From a bacterium (GTDB taxonomy: Bacteria > SZUA-182 > DTGQ01 > JAFGSM01): DNA of 10,650 nucleotides. A program made the position numbers and the translations under genes. The stretch lies in contig JBLIRN010000082.1 of assembly GCA_049472315.1 (NCBI GenBank), positions 1 to 10,650 of the forward strand. The letters are read 5' to 3'. This document shows positions 1 through 7,872 of this stretch, piece by piece. Position 1 is the first letter of the stretch. Each line of letters opens with the position of its first letter. The notes below the pieces were generated by a model that was given only the letters and a program-made list of their open reading frames with translations, had not been told where the DNA came from and made no database searches.

Positions 1-897
1 GTCCATCAAGTCGGGCAGGTCTTCCGGCTTCGGACAGACGAAATGGACCTTCTCTTTCTGCCATGCGACCGTCTCACCGACATAGTTCTGGCTCAATCGG
101 TAGTCGGATTCGGAGAATCGCGGATCGACAATGCGATTCTGCAGGTCGATCAATTTTGCCTTTTCGCAGAAATCTTCTTGCTCCGCTAACTGGAGCAGGG
201 CGACAAAGCGCTCGGTACGGGTCGAATTCGGCTTGATATGTTCGATCTCGAAGGATGATTTCGTTTCCTTAGAGTAGAGATAACTCAATGCCCGATTCAA
301 CAATTCAAACGAGTAGCCGGAAACGACCTTTCGGCAATGATCGGGAAGGTCGTTTGCCTCGAAACCGTGAAGGATGTCGGTACGGCGAATCGTCGGACAG
401 AAGCGGCCATCGCCCAACAAATTGTCGTTGATCCGCTGACGGCGCACCTGGCGGGCCGAGAAGGCCGTATAGTATTGTTCCGGATCGAGAAGGTCGATGT
501 AGTTACCCTGCTTCACATCGTCCATCTGGAGGGCTGTGCCGGTAAGAAACTCGTACAGAAACCACAACCGCCGGGCGTACTTGCCGGTTGGTTTGGACCG
601 GACATAACCCAGGAAATCCTCCGGCGCAACCTTTTGAAAGAGCCCGGCGAGTATCGCCAGATTCGTACCGTCGTACTTGAGTGCAAATTCCAGATGATCG
701 CCGAGCGTGTTCCCTGGCCAGTACTTCGCCGGATAGACCTCCTCGATCACGCCCCCTGTTGAGTTGATCCGGTGGCTTCCGGTGGTCGTGACCAAGGACC
801 TGTGCCAGTTCGGGATGACGTCGATACCATACCGATCAGCAAGCGCCGCATATCCTGCGGGCCTAAGCGTCGCCTGTTCTTGGACCTTTCCAGACAT
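1..897 (-). CDS. Fic-family protein (long type), N-terminal 299 codons; 3' end lies beyond the left window edge
   Basis: Manual translation of the minus strand from the ATG at 897 is open to position 1: MSGKVQEQATLRPAGYAALADRYG...GDHLEFALKYDGTNL...PTGKYARRLWFLYEFLTG...RQRINDNLLG..FCPTIRRT...YLYSKETKSSFEIE...YRLSQNYVGE...VHFVCPKPEDLPDLMD. I recognise these blocks from the N-terminal part of long Fic-family proteins. A GAGGA RBS lies just upstream of the ATG. The catalytic HPFxDGNGR motif would fall outside the window, so it is not confirmed. Confidence 0.88.
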   Translation of the reverse strand, partial: MSGKVQEQATLRPAGYAALADRYGIDVIPNWHRSLVTTTGSHRINSTGGVIEEVYPAKYWPGNTLGDHLEFALKYDGTNLAILAGLFQKVAPEDFLGYVRSKPTGKYARRLWFLYEFLTGTALQMDDVKQGNYIDLLDPEQYYTAFSARQVRRQRINDNLLGDGRFCPTIRRTDILHGFEANDLPDHCRKVVSGYSFELLNRALSYLYSKETKSSFEIEHIKPNSTRTERFVALLQLAEQEDFCEKAKLIDLQNRIVDPRFSESDYRLSQNYVGETVAWQKEKVHFVCPKPEDLPDLMD

Positions 898-930
898 GGC
901 ATCCTCAGGAAAAATGATTGCAACACGAGA

Positions 931-958
931 ATTATACTTATATTTTAAGCCATGTCAA
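931..958 (-). promoter_or_regulatory. sigma70-type promoter of the Fic gene
   Basis: The minus strand reads TTGACA (958-953), a 16-nt spacer, then TATAAT (936-931). Both hexamers are perfect consensus, and the -10 box ends 33 nt upstream of the ATG. Confidence 0.85.
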
Positions 959-1072
959 GAAAAATAGTTACAGTGCATGATGACGTCATTGCTCCCCTGA
1001 CCAAACAAGAAAAACGGTTACAGGCCCAGAAAAAGGGTTACAAAAAGACTTGTTAGGAGAAAAAAGATTACG
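958..1072. repeat. Four imperfect 15-bp direct repeats, AGAAAAAN(A/G)(G/A)TTAC(A/G)
   Basis: AGAAAAATAGTTACA 958-972, AGAAAAACGGTTACA 1008-1022, AGAAAAAGGGTTACA 1028-1042, AGAAAAAAGATTACG 1058-1072. Start-to-start spacings are 50, 20 and 30 bp. Confidence 0.75.
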
Positions 1073-1132
1073 TTAGGTGCATTCAGGGCTCCCCCGGAGA
1101 CGTGCTCATAGGTTGTGGCCCCATTGCCCTTT

Positions 1133-4100
1133 CTATTGCACGGTTATGAATACACTTCCTGAATGGCTGTTGAACTCAGGTGCATACATGCACTGGATCG
1201 TGGCCATTCCCATCTGATACTCCCCTTTATGCTGTATCCTCAGGGGATACTCGAATACATAGGTCCCCTTGGGAAGGTAATCGATGAAGAAATGCGTGGC
1301 CGCGTCCTGTGTGGATTCGTAATATGCAAGCCCATCCTGATATCTATACCCGGAGAGGACATTGACCGGCTCGGTCCCGGAGCCTCGGTAGTCCTTCATG
1401 TGCACATACTCCATATCCCTGTCCACCCGCAAAACGATCTTCACGATGATCAGGTCCCCCACGGCAAGGTCACCGTTTACCGGCTCTATCACCGGTCCTG
1501 CCGTGCTCTGCCGTTCCACATAGAGGGACTTTTCCAATTGAAGCGGCGTCTCGTGCGGGGTGACCTTGCTCATATCCTCCAGATACTGCCAGTGGAGGCT
1601 CCCCCAGGCAACCCCGTCATCGAGCTTCTGCACGGTGACCTGGCCGTATTCGGGCAGGACCTCCTCCTTGATGAATTTTTTCTCATAGAACCCGGTACCT
1701 GCCTCGGTCGTCTCCGGAACGATGGTCGTACTTCCCAGGGTCACGCTGACCAGTTGATCGGAGGCAAGCAGGTCGGCACCCCTCAGCAGGAGGGCATAGA
1801 CGGCATCGGCGGTGGCCTTGGGGGTCTTCCAGTTCTGGGTTTGCTTCTGCTTCAGCAGCCATACCTTCAGATCCTCAACCGCTTCCTGGTCATCGGCCAC
1901 TTCATCGAATGCCTCTATCATCACCGCCTGGGTCTCGATGGGGGCCCTGTACCACCACCAGGAACGCTCCAGATCCCTCCAGTACATGCCCATCTCTTCA
2001 TCATACACGGAGCGTTCCTTCAGAGAGGCCATGATCTTCTGCGCGGTCACCTGGTCATTGAACCTGTTACAGGCAAGGGCCAGATGGCCCTGGGAGAGCC
2101 TTGAGCCCAAATCGAGCCAGTATAGGGATGCCTGATAGAGAAAATAACTGACCGCTGCCTGACAGTGACTGGGGATGGGATGGATATCCTTGTAAAAGGA
2201 CCGCCCGTAAAGGTACATGGCGATCGTGCTGGAGAGGTTGTTTTGTCCAAGCCTCCCGTACTGGATGATTCTGTCATACATCTCATCGATCTCATTGTCG
2301 AGATATACAAGGCTTTTCAGGGCAAGGGTCTGATCGACATCGACATTCAGATGCCGCAGCCGGCCGAAACCCGTCATGATATACAGGGTCATATAGAAAT
2401 TGGACGGCCCTCCGGGGAACCAGGACCACGACCCGTCCGCACGCTGCATCTGGGCGAGTTTGTTATAGGCGCCGGCAAGGGATTCCTCCATATGCTCGTC
2501 ATCAAAGAAAAGCCCTACCCGTTTTTTGGCCTGGGATTCACTCTCCGCAGCCCTGACCCAGGGGGTCTCCTCCAGGAGCACGTATTTGAGATCCTCATTC
2601 TTTTCCAGGTTGGAATCCAATGCGTCGGTTCCCCGCCACTGATCAAAGACCTCCTCGATTGCAGGGTCCGAATTGGCGATATGCCTTCCCAAGGCATTGG
2701 CGTAAAGCCGGTTGAAGACAGACGTTACACACTCATGCCGGTATTCCGTCAGGTACGGCAGGCTCTGCACGGCATACCAGGCCGGATTGCTGACCATCTG
2801 CAGTGTAAGTGCCTGATGCTCCAGCGTATCCGATTCGCCCGATGCAAGAAGCTTGTCAAAGCTGAACGTCTTGATCTCGGCCCCTCGAATGGGCAACGGG
2901 AGCGATTCGGTGACGAAAACCCGGCGGGAGAGCACAAGCAAGTTATCTTCCTCTCCGTCAGAGAGCGTGCCTGTGGAGGCCACAACCCTGTGGGTCAACA
3001 CACCCGTATAGTCATCCGGGACCAAAAGCTCCCAGTAATAGGAGCGGGAGCTTTTGGCGGGAACGGAAAACACCTGATCTCTGCTGCCGATGATGAATTC
3101 GCTGTCCAGGGATTGCCCGGTAGCGGTGTCCGTAATGGACAGCCTGATGGTACCCGTTTGATCCTGCTCGGACAGGTTGGTCACCTTTGCCGAGAACAGC
3201 AGAATATCCCCTTCCCTCAGGAAACGCGGGGGATTGGGCTGAACCATGAGGCTCTTCTGGGTCACCGTCTCTTCGGAAAGCATGCCCCAAAGCAGATCCT
3301 TCGCATGGGCAAAGCCCATGAATTTCCAGGTGGTCAATGCCTCGGGCATGGTGAACGTGATGGACACCCGGCCCTGTTCATCCGTGGTCAGGTGAGGAAA
3401 GAAGAAGGCGGTTTCATTCAGATTCGTCCTCGCCGAGACATCGGAAAGGTCTATCTCCGATGTCGGCTCTTCTTCAGGTACTGCTGTTTCTCCTCCATAT
3501 CCTGCTCCGTATTCGGAGCCGTAGATTTCAGAGTAACTTAGACCCTCCCCGGTGCCGTCTGCTGAGTACGACATGGACCCATACGCGTACAGTGATCCAT
3601 AATTATAAGAGGTTCCGCCATAACCACCATAGCCACCATAACCACTATAACCATAACCGCCATAACCATAATAATAGCCATAGTAAGAGCCATAGTCCCG
3701 AGCCACATCATCAGGAAAACGGGTATATGTTCTGCTCAAATAATCTGTGCCAAAATCATTCCACTGATATTCTCGGCAATAGCCATAACCGGCCCTGTTG
3801 GCAAACCTGATCGAGAAGCTGCTGTAATCCTGTCTGAAAATGGATCCCAACCCGGACCAGTTATGGATTTGAAACAGGTCGAGGGAGGCATCATACAGGG
3901 TAGCCACCATTTCCGCTGCCACATTTTCCGCTGAAGGTCCCTTGATCTGGATGGTCCAGGTCTCTTCAGCACTAGGATCGAGCCTTGACCTGAAGGAGGA
4001 AAAGCTCACATCGAGATCCTTATTCGACCAGGGGACATCGATACGTTTTTCCGAGATATAGGCGCGGTTGTCATGCACGTGCGTGATATGCAGGTAAAAT

Positions 4101-7100
4101 CCCCCTCGATACTCCTCGGAAACAGGCCACGTGACTCGCTGCTGGGTATTCTGCGCATCCGTCCAGTATCGTTCTATTATTCGCCCTTTATGCTCGATCT
4201 CGATAAATGCATGACCCTCCTGATAACCGGTGCCCCAAACGGCTTCAAGTGTATCACCGACCTCGATGCTCGCGGATTTCACCTTTACCATATCGGGTAT
4301 AGGCACACCAAAGGTGGAGACGTCGGGGTCGATCACCATGATCGGGATCGTGGCCATGACCTCCTCGCCATGGCTGTCGTGTGCCCTGGCTATCGCCCTG
4401 TATGCGCCGGGTTGGAGGGTAAAGGATGCCTGACATGCACCTTCAATGGTATTGAACTCAGCGGAGGCGACTGCTTCATTCACCGGCCAGGTTTCCCAGG
4501 CGGACTCATCCACACCATACCCATCCTCTCCCATAGGAACCCCCAGGAGGGAGGATCGTGCCGGTCGTTGAGGCTGCTGTAAATTATATACGGTTATCGT
4601 CCCGCTGGCCTGGAGAGGTTGTTGATCCAGCGTCATGGTGGAGATGCTCAATTCTACGGGCTTATCATTGGTTAGCCAGTCCGGGGCGGCAATATTCAGG
4701 TCCATGGATATATAGCCGATATGTATTCCCTTGCCCGCTGAACGTGTCTCGCCGGTGCTGTCCGTGACATCGACCGATACCCAGAAGATAAATGTTGGCC
4801 TTTGAGATGCAGGGATGGAACGATCAGGCCGGGCTGTAAAACGGATGGCGAATGTGCCTTCCTGGTCGGTTTTAAGACGGCCGTGTGCGATTTCCCTGAC
4901 ACTTGAAGCGTAATATGAGTACCACTGGGGCCAATAGGGATAGCGTGCCTCACGAACCACTCGGTACGAGACCGTGGCATCGTCAAGCGGCGCCCCGGTG
5001 TAGGCAAGGGCAAGGCCCGAAAGCGTGACCTCTTCATCCAACCGGCTCTCTTCCTCAGGCGGCTCAAGGGTCACCTTGAACTCGGGCCTTTTGTATTCCT
5101 CCACCCTGATACTTGTACTCCCTTTCGGCTGGCTGCAGCCTATGGTCATCCTCCCGGTGAGTTCTCCGGAGGGGGCGGTAAATGTGCCGGAGGCGGACCC
5201 GAAGGCGTTGGTGACCAGATCCAGATGGTCGATCTCCTGGGAGTTGTAATCCCTGAATACAACAGTCAGTTCTGTATTCGGCAGGAAATCATAGGTGTCG
5301 TTATTTACGTTGCTTTTTATCGCCAGCACCTTGAAATGAACCATCTGGCCGGGACGATACATGGACCGATCGGTAAAGAATACCGTTTGTTGTTTTTCGT
5401 CCTCTACGTCCCTCGTACGCGAATAACTTGAACGACCCAGCAATCCATACCCCTCATACTGAGCGAACAACACCGTGTCATATTCATTAGGGCTGGTAAA
5501 GGAACCCTTTTCATCCGTATACGTGACACCAACCTCTCTATAATATCCCTCTGAATTTTCTTGAAAGATGGTGACCCTGGCCCCTTCCAGAGGCGCCCCG
5601 CTGTGGGCATCGAGTATGAGACCTCCGGATACGCCATTTATTGCCCTCGTCACCATGGCTATGCCTGTCACCCAGAATGTGGCTATTCGTATGGCGTTTT
5701 CCTGCTCTGCGAAATCCTGTCGCCACGAGGCGATCAACCTATAATAACCTGGTTGTAGGGAAGGCAGATCAATCGCATGGGAGTGCGTTTTGTAATCCGT
5801 GGTTGGCTCCAGGGATACCGACCATGATGCCACAGGGGTTTCTGTAATGAGTTGCCGAAATTTTTCATCTTCAATATCGTCCGGGTATCCATACTTATCA
5901 TGCACAAAATCATCCCATTGATCCGCAACGACACGAAGATGAACCTCGGTAATGTTCCTGTAATCGAGTCTCACCTCAGCATATACGGGAGTCACTGAAT
6001 ATTCACTCTGCAGGGTCAACTCCTTTGCCTCTATCTGGGCCAGGAGTGATTGACACATCTTTGACTCGTTTGAATCGGCATGCTGAGTCGCCCCTTGTTG
6101 GGCAAGTGCGTGCGCCTCAACATAGTTGCCCTGGCTATAGATCTCCCGGGCCCAGTAATAGTACGCCAGGCTGGAAAGGGGCAGAGAGGGGTGGGCCTCG
6201 GCAATCTCGGACAGCCTTGTTATATAATGAGTGGATTTTTCCTCCCCGAATGAATAGGCATTTATGAATATCAGCCGGTTGATGTCCGCGTCAACAAAGG
6301 CCTCTTTTGAGGGGTCATTGATGTGGAAGGCAAGCACCTCCTGGTATATCTTCATGGCTTTGAGCAGAGGGGATGAGGTATCCGTTGTTTGAGGCACGTA
6401 GTGTATAAAATCCGCTGCCGGGGCAAAGGCGTTCGCATCCGCATCCAGTTCGAAGGCGTCCTCCGGCTCTGTTCTGAGCTGATCGCCAGACTGGTAAAAG
6501 GAGATGGCGGAAAAGGCTGCGAAATCATACAGTGTCGGCCTGCAGGACACGGGAACGGTGCCTTGTTCAAAAAAATCGGTGAATGTTTCCATGGACATGG
6601 ATTTTAGCCGTGCCTCTTGTGAAAGCACCTCGGTGTAGAGTTCGCCAATTTTGTCAAAGAGCCTGGGCAGATCCCAGGTGGTAAAATCCGCGTCATCAAT
6701 TTCGGCCGTGGCATCACGCTCTGAAAACCGCGACCAGTTTTCCTGGTAGTATTGCCAGTACCATTGAGCCAAAACAAGCTTCAACAAAGGTCTGAGCAGG
6801 TCAGGTGCCTTGCCTATCTCCTCGACGAGCCTGTTTATCTTTTCCTCGGGTTTATTGCCCTGGATAGTGGCCTCGAGCACAAGCTGCTTGCAGATCCCCT
6901 TCATGGCAAGGCCGTATTCTTCCTTTTCAATGGCTATGGGTATGAATTCCTTCAGATGTTCTATAGCGGTCCTGGGGAGGCCGTCTTCAACGGCTTCATG
7001 GATCTTGGCCCATAGCTCGTCAAGATCCTCCTCAGCGGGAGGGGTAGCAGGCCAGGCCCACAGGCCGGTCCTCGAATACATGGTGGCAAACGGCCAAACG

Positions 7101-7591
7101 ATCCAATTTATCGGCGAGTATGAGGATGCATACAATGATGGTGATGCATACAATGAAACCGCATCCAACGAGAGATTTGCGGAATTGCTTTTATATAAGG
7201 AACCCGCAAACCCGGACCCCGACAATGATGCAAATAATAATGATGGAGAAACCGTGTACGAGGAGGTCCAAAACGGACTCAGGGCGCTTGAAACCGTGGA
7301 AGAGGTCCAGGATGTGCTTGAAAGGCCCGGAACCGTGGATAAGGTCCAGGGTGTGTTTTGAAAATTTTGGGTAATGGATGATGAAGAGGAAAAGAAACTT
7401 GCATTCAAACTACGGTATAATGGATTCCCGTATATCGACAATCCGAAATATGAAGGCATATACGAAGGGTATAAATATGACTGCAAGCCATGATTCTGAG
7501 CACTTGCTGTTACTATATTGCCTGCTATTGAAATAATTATTATTAGTATTAGCGCGGCATAGATCCTTCGTTCACTATCAACCCCCTTCAT
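1133..7591 (-). CDS. Alpha-2-macroglobulin family protein (MG2-domain, about 2000-aa subtype), secreted, with degenerate thioester site
   Basis: 2152-aa ORF with a GGGAGG RBS at 7605-7600. The signal peptide has a hydrophobic core and ends in ASA|Q. A2M motifs: FFTDRSMYRPGQMV (MG2), RVEEYKRPEFKV, RTNLNETAFFFPHL..D..G.VSITFTMPEALTTWKF, QPNPPRFLREGD, SNPAWYAVQSLPYL, QRADGSWSWFPGG, WLLKQKQTQNWKT, and C-terminal FFIDYLPKGTYVFEY...G.ATIQCMYAPEFNSHS. Confidence 0.95.
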   Translation of the reverse strand: MKGVDSERRIYAALILIIIISIAGNIVTASAQNHGLQSYLYPSYMPSYFGLSIYGNPLYRSLNASFFSSSSSITQNFQNTPWTLSTVPGLSSTSWTSSTVSSALSPFWTSSYTVSPSLLFASLSGSGFAGSLYKSNSANLSLDAVSLYASPSLYASSYSPINWIVWPFATMYSRTGLWAWPATPPAEEDLDELWAKIHEAVEDGLPRTAIEHLKEFIPIAIEKEEYGLAMKGICKQLVLEATIQGNKPEEKINRLVEEIGKAPDLLRPLLKLVLAQWYWQYYQENWSRFSERDATAEIDDADFTTWDLPRLFDKIGELYTEVLSQEARLKSMSMETFTDFFEQGTVPVSCRPTLYDFAAFSAISFYQSGDQLRTEPEDAFELDADANAFAPAADFIHYVPQTTDTSSPLLKAMKIYQEVLAFHINDPSKEAFVDADINRLIFINAYSFGEEKSTHYITRLSEIAEAHPSLPLSSLAYYYWAREIYSQGNYVEAHALAQQGATQHADSNESKMCQSLLAQIEAKELTLQSEYSVTPVYAEVRLDYRNITEVHLRVVADQWDDFVHDKYGYPDDIEDEKFRQLITETPVASWSVSLEPTTDYKTHSHAIDLPSLQPGYYRLIASWRQDFAEQENAIRIATFWVTGIAMVTRAINGVSGGLILDAHSGAPLEGARVTIFQENSEGYYREVGVTYTDEKGSFTSPNEYDTVLFAQYEGYGLLGRSSYSRTRDVEDEKQQTVFFTDRSMYRPGQMVHFKVLAIKSNVNNDTYDFLPNTELTVVFRDYNSQEIDHLDLVTNAFGSASGTFTAPSGELTGRMTIGCSQPKGSTSIRVEEYKRPEFKVTLEPPEEESRLDEEVTLSGLALAYTGAPLDDATVSYRVVREARYPYWPQWYSYYASSVREIAHGRLKTDQEGTFAIRFTARPDRSIPASQRPTFIFWVSVDVTDSTGETRSAGKGIHIGYISMDLNIAAPDWLTNDKPVELSISTMTLDQQPLQASGTITVYNLQQPQRPARSSLLGVPMGEDGYGVDESAWETWPVNEAVASAEFNTIEGACQASFTLQPGAYRAIARAHDSHGEEVMATIPIMVIDPDVSTFGVPIPDMVKVKSASIEVGDTLEAVWGTGYQEGHAFIEIEHKGRIIERYWTDAQNTQQRVTWPVSEEYRGGFYLHITHVHDNRAYISEKRIDVPWSNKDLDVSFSSFRSRLDPSAEETWTIQIKGPSAENVAAEMVATLYDASLDLFQIHNWSGLGSIFRQDYSSFSIRFANRAGYGYCREYQWNDFGTDYLSRTYTRFPDDVARDYGSYYGYYYGYGGYGYSGYGGYGGYGGTSYNYGSLYAYGSMSYSADGTGEGLSYSEIYGSEYGAGYGGETAVPEEEPTSEIDLSDVSARTNLNETAFFFPHLTTDEQGRVSITFTMPEALTTWKFMGFAHAKDLLWGMLSEETVTQKSLMVQPNPPRFLREGDILLFSAKVTNLSEQDQTGTIRLSITDTATGQSLDSEFIIGSRDQVFSVPAKSSRSYYWELLVPDDYTGVLTHRVVASTGTLSDGEEDNLLVLSRRVFVTESLPLPIRGAEIKTFSFDKLLASGESDTLEHQALTLQMVSNPAWYAVQSLPYLTEYRHECVTSVFNRLYANALGRHIANSDPAIEEVFDQWRGTDALDSNLEKNEDLKYVLLEETPWVRAAESESQAKKRVGLFFDDEHMEESLAGAYNKLAQMQRADGSWSWFPGGPSNFYMTLYIMTGFGRLRHLNVDVDQTLALKSLVYLDNEIDEMYDRIIQYGRLGQNNLSSTIAMYLYGRSFYKDIHPIPSHCQAAVSYFLYQASLYWLDLGSRLSQGHLALACNRFNDQVTAQKIMASLKERSVYDEEMGMYWRDLERSWWWYRAPIETQAVMIEAFDEVADDQEAVEDLKVWLLKQKQTQNWKTPKATADAVYALLLRGADLLASDQLVSVTLGSTTIVPETTEAGTGFYEKKFIKEEVLPEYGQVTVQKLDDGVAWGSLHWQYLEDMSKVTPHETPLQLEKSLYVERQSTAGPVIEPVNGDLAVGDLIIVKIVLRVDRDMEYVHMKDYRGSGTEPVNVLSGYRYQDGLAYYESTQDAATHFFIDYLPKGTYVFEYPLRIQHKGEYQMGMATIQCMYAPEFNSHSGSVFITVQ
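3617..3697 (-). repeat. Coding GGY/TAY microsatellite encoding a Gly-Tyr tract in the A2M bait region
   Basis: 27 codons, DYGSYYGYYYGYGGYGYSGYGGYGGYG (12 Tyr, 12 Gly). The plus strand is built from CCATAA, CCACCATA and GCCATA units. Confidence 0.9.
7125..7363 (-). repeat. Degenerate internal tandem repeats in the low-complexity N-terminal extension of the A2M gene
   Basis: GATGCATACAATGA occurs at 7125-7138 and 7143-7156 (SLYAS-P-SLYAS). Three G(A/G)AACCGTG...AGGTCCA units start at 7248, 7290 and 7329 (periods 42 and 39 bp) and encode WT(L/S)S..TV three times. Confidence 0.75.
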
Positions 7592-7616
7592 TCGTTTTTC
7601 CTCCCTTCCTCTTTAT

Positions 7617-7644
7617 ATTGTAACAATCCCTCCGTATGAAGCAA
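7617..7644 (-). promoter_or_regulatory. Putative sigma70 promoter of the A2M gene
   Basis: The minus strand reads TTGCTT (7644-7639), a 16-nt spacer, then TACAAT (7622-7617), with an extended -10 TGn. The -10 box ends 25 nt upstream of the ATG. Confidence 0.55.
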
Positions 7645-7830
7645 AAATTGTTTTGTATAAGGCCATTTGAGGGAGCTTACCAAAAGAGCTTCGCAATCCA
7701 TATTAGATGCTCAATCTGGTGAGTCACTGTCTGAGGAAAAACCGATGCACTCCCTGCATTCAAGATAATAGACGTAAAAACTCCAACATTTCCCATGGTC
7801 AAATGAGTGCCTCTTGGTATCTGCTTGTCG

Positions 7831-7864
7831 CGGCGGAACTCCCACGGATGCCGGGGAGCCGTCG
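7831..7864. terminator. GC-rich hairpin just downstream of the clp1 stop; possible terminator or 3' stabiliser
   Basis: The plus strand reads CGGCGG-AA-CTCCC-A-CGG-ATG-CCG-GGGAG-CCGTCG, an interrupted stem starting 8 nt past the TGA. There is no U-tract, so it is not a classical intrinsic terminator. Confidence 0.35.
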
Positions 7865-7872
7865 AGCGTTAA

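Noticed and set aside
337..967. Plus-strand ORFs 337..762 and 764..967
   Set aside because: Antisense shadows of the Fic gene and its promoter, with no recognisable motifs.
958..1072. CRISPR array or ECF-sigma promoters (TGTAAC as -35)
   Set aside because: The repeats are too short and irregularly spaced for CRISPR, and there is no convincing CGWC-type -10 at the expected distance from the TGTAAC boxes.
1163..3541. Long plus-strand ORFs of 313 aa and 458 aa
   Set aside because: They lie wholly antisense to the well-supported A2M gene, where codon bias commonly leaves a stop-poor reverse frame. No family motifs were seen.
3617..3697. Possible diversity-generating retroelement variable region (27 consecutive codons ending in C or T)
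   Set aside because: No reverse transcriptase and no AAY-rich template repeat are in the window. Tyr codons necessarily end in a pyrimidine, and microsatellite expansion explains the pattern.
3460..3810. His/Asn-rich plus-strand ORF (HNHHSHHNH...)
   Set aside because: It is simply the reverse complement of the Gly/Tyr microsatellite.
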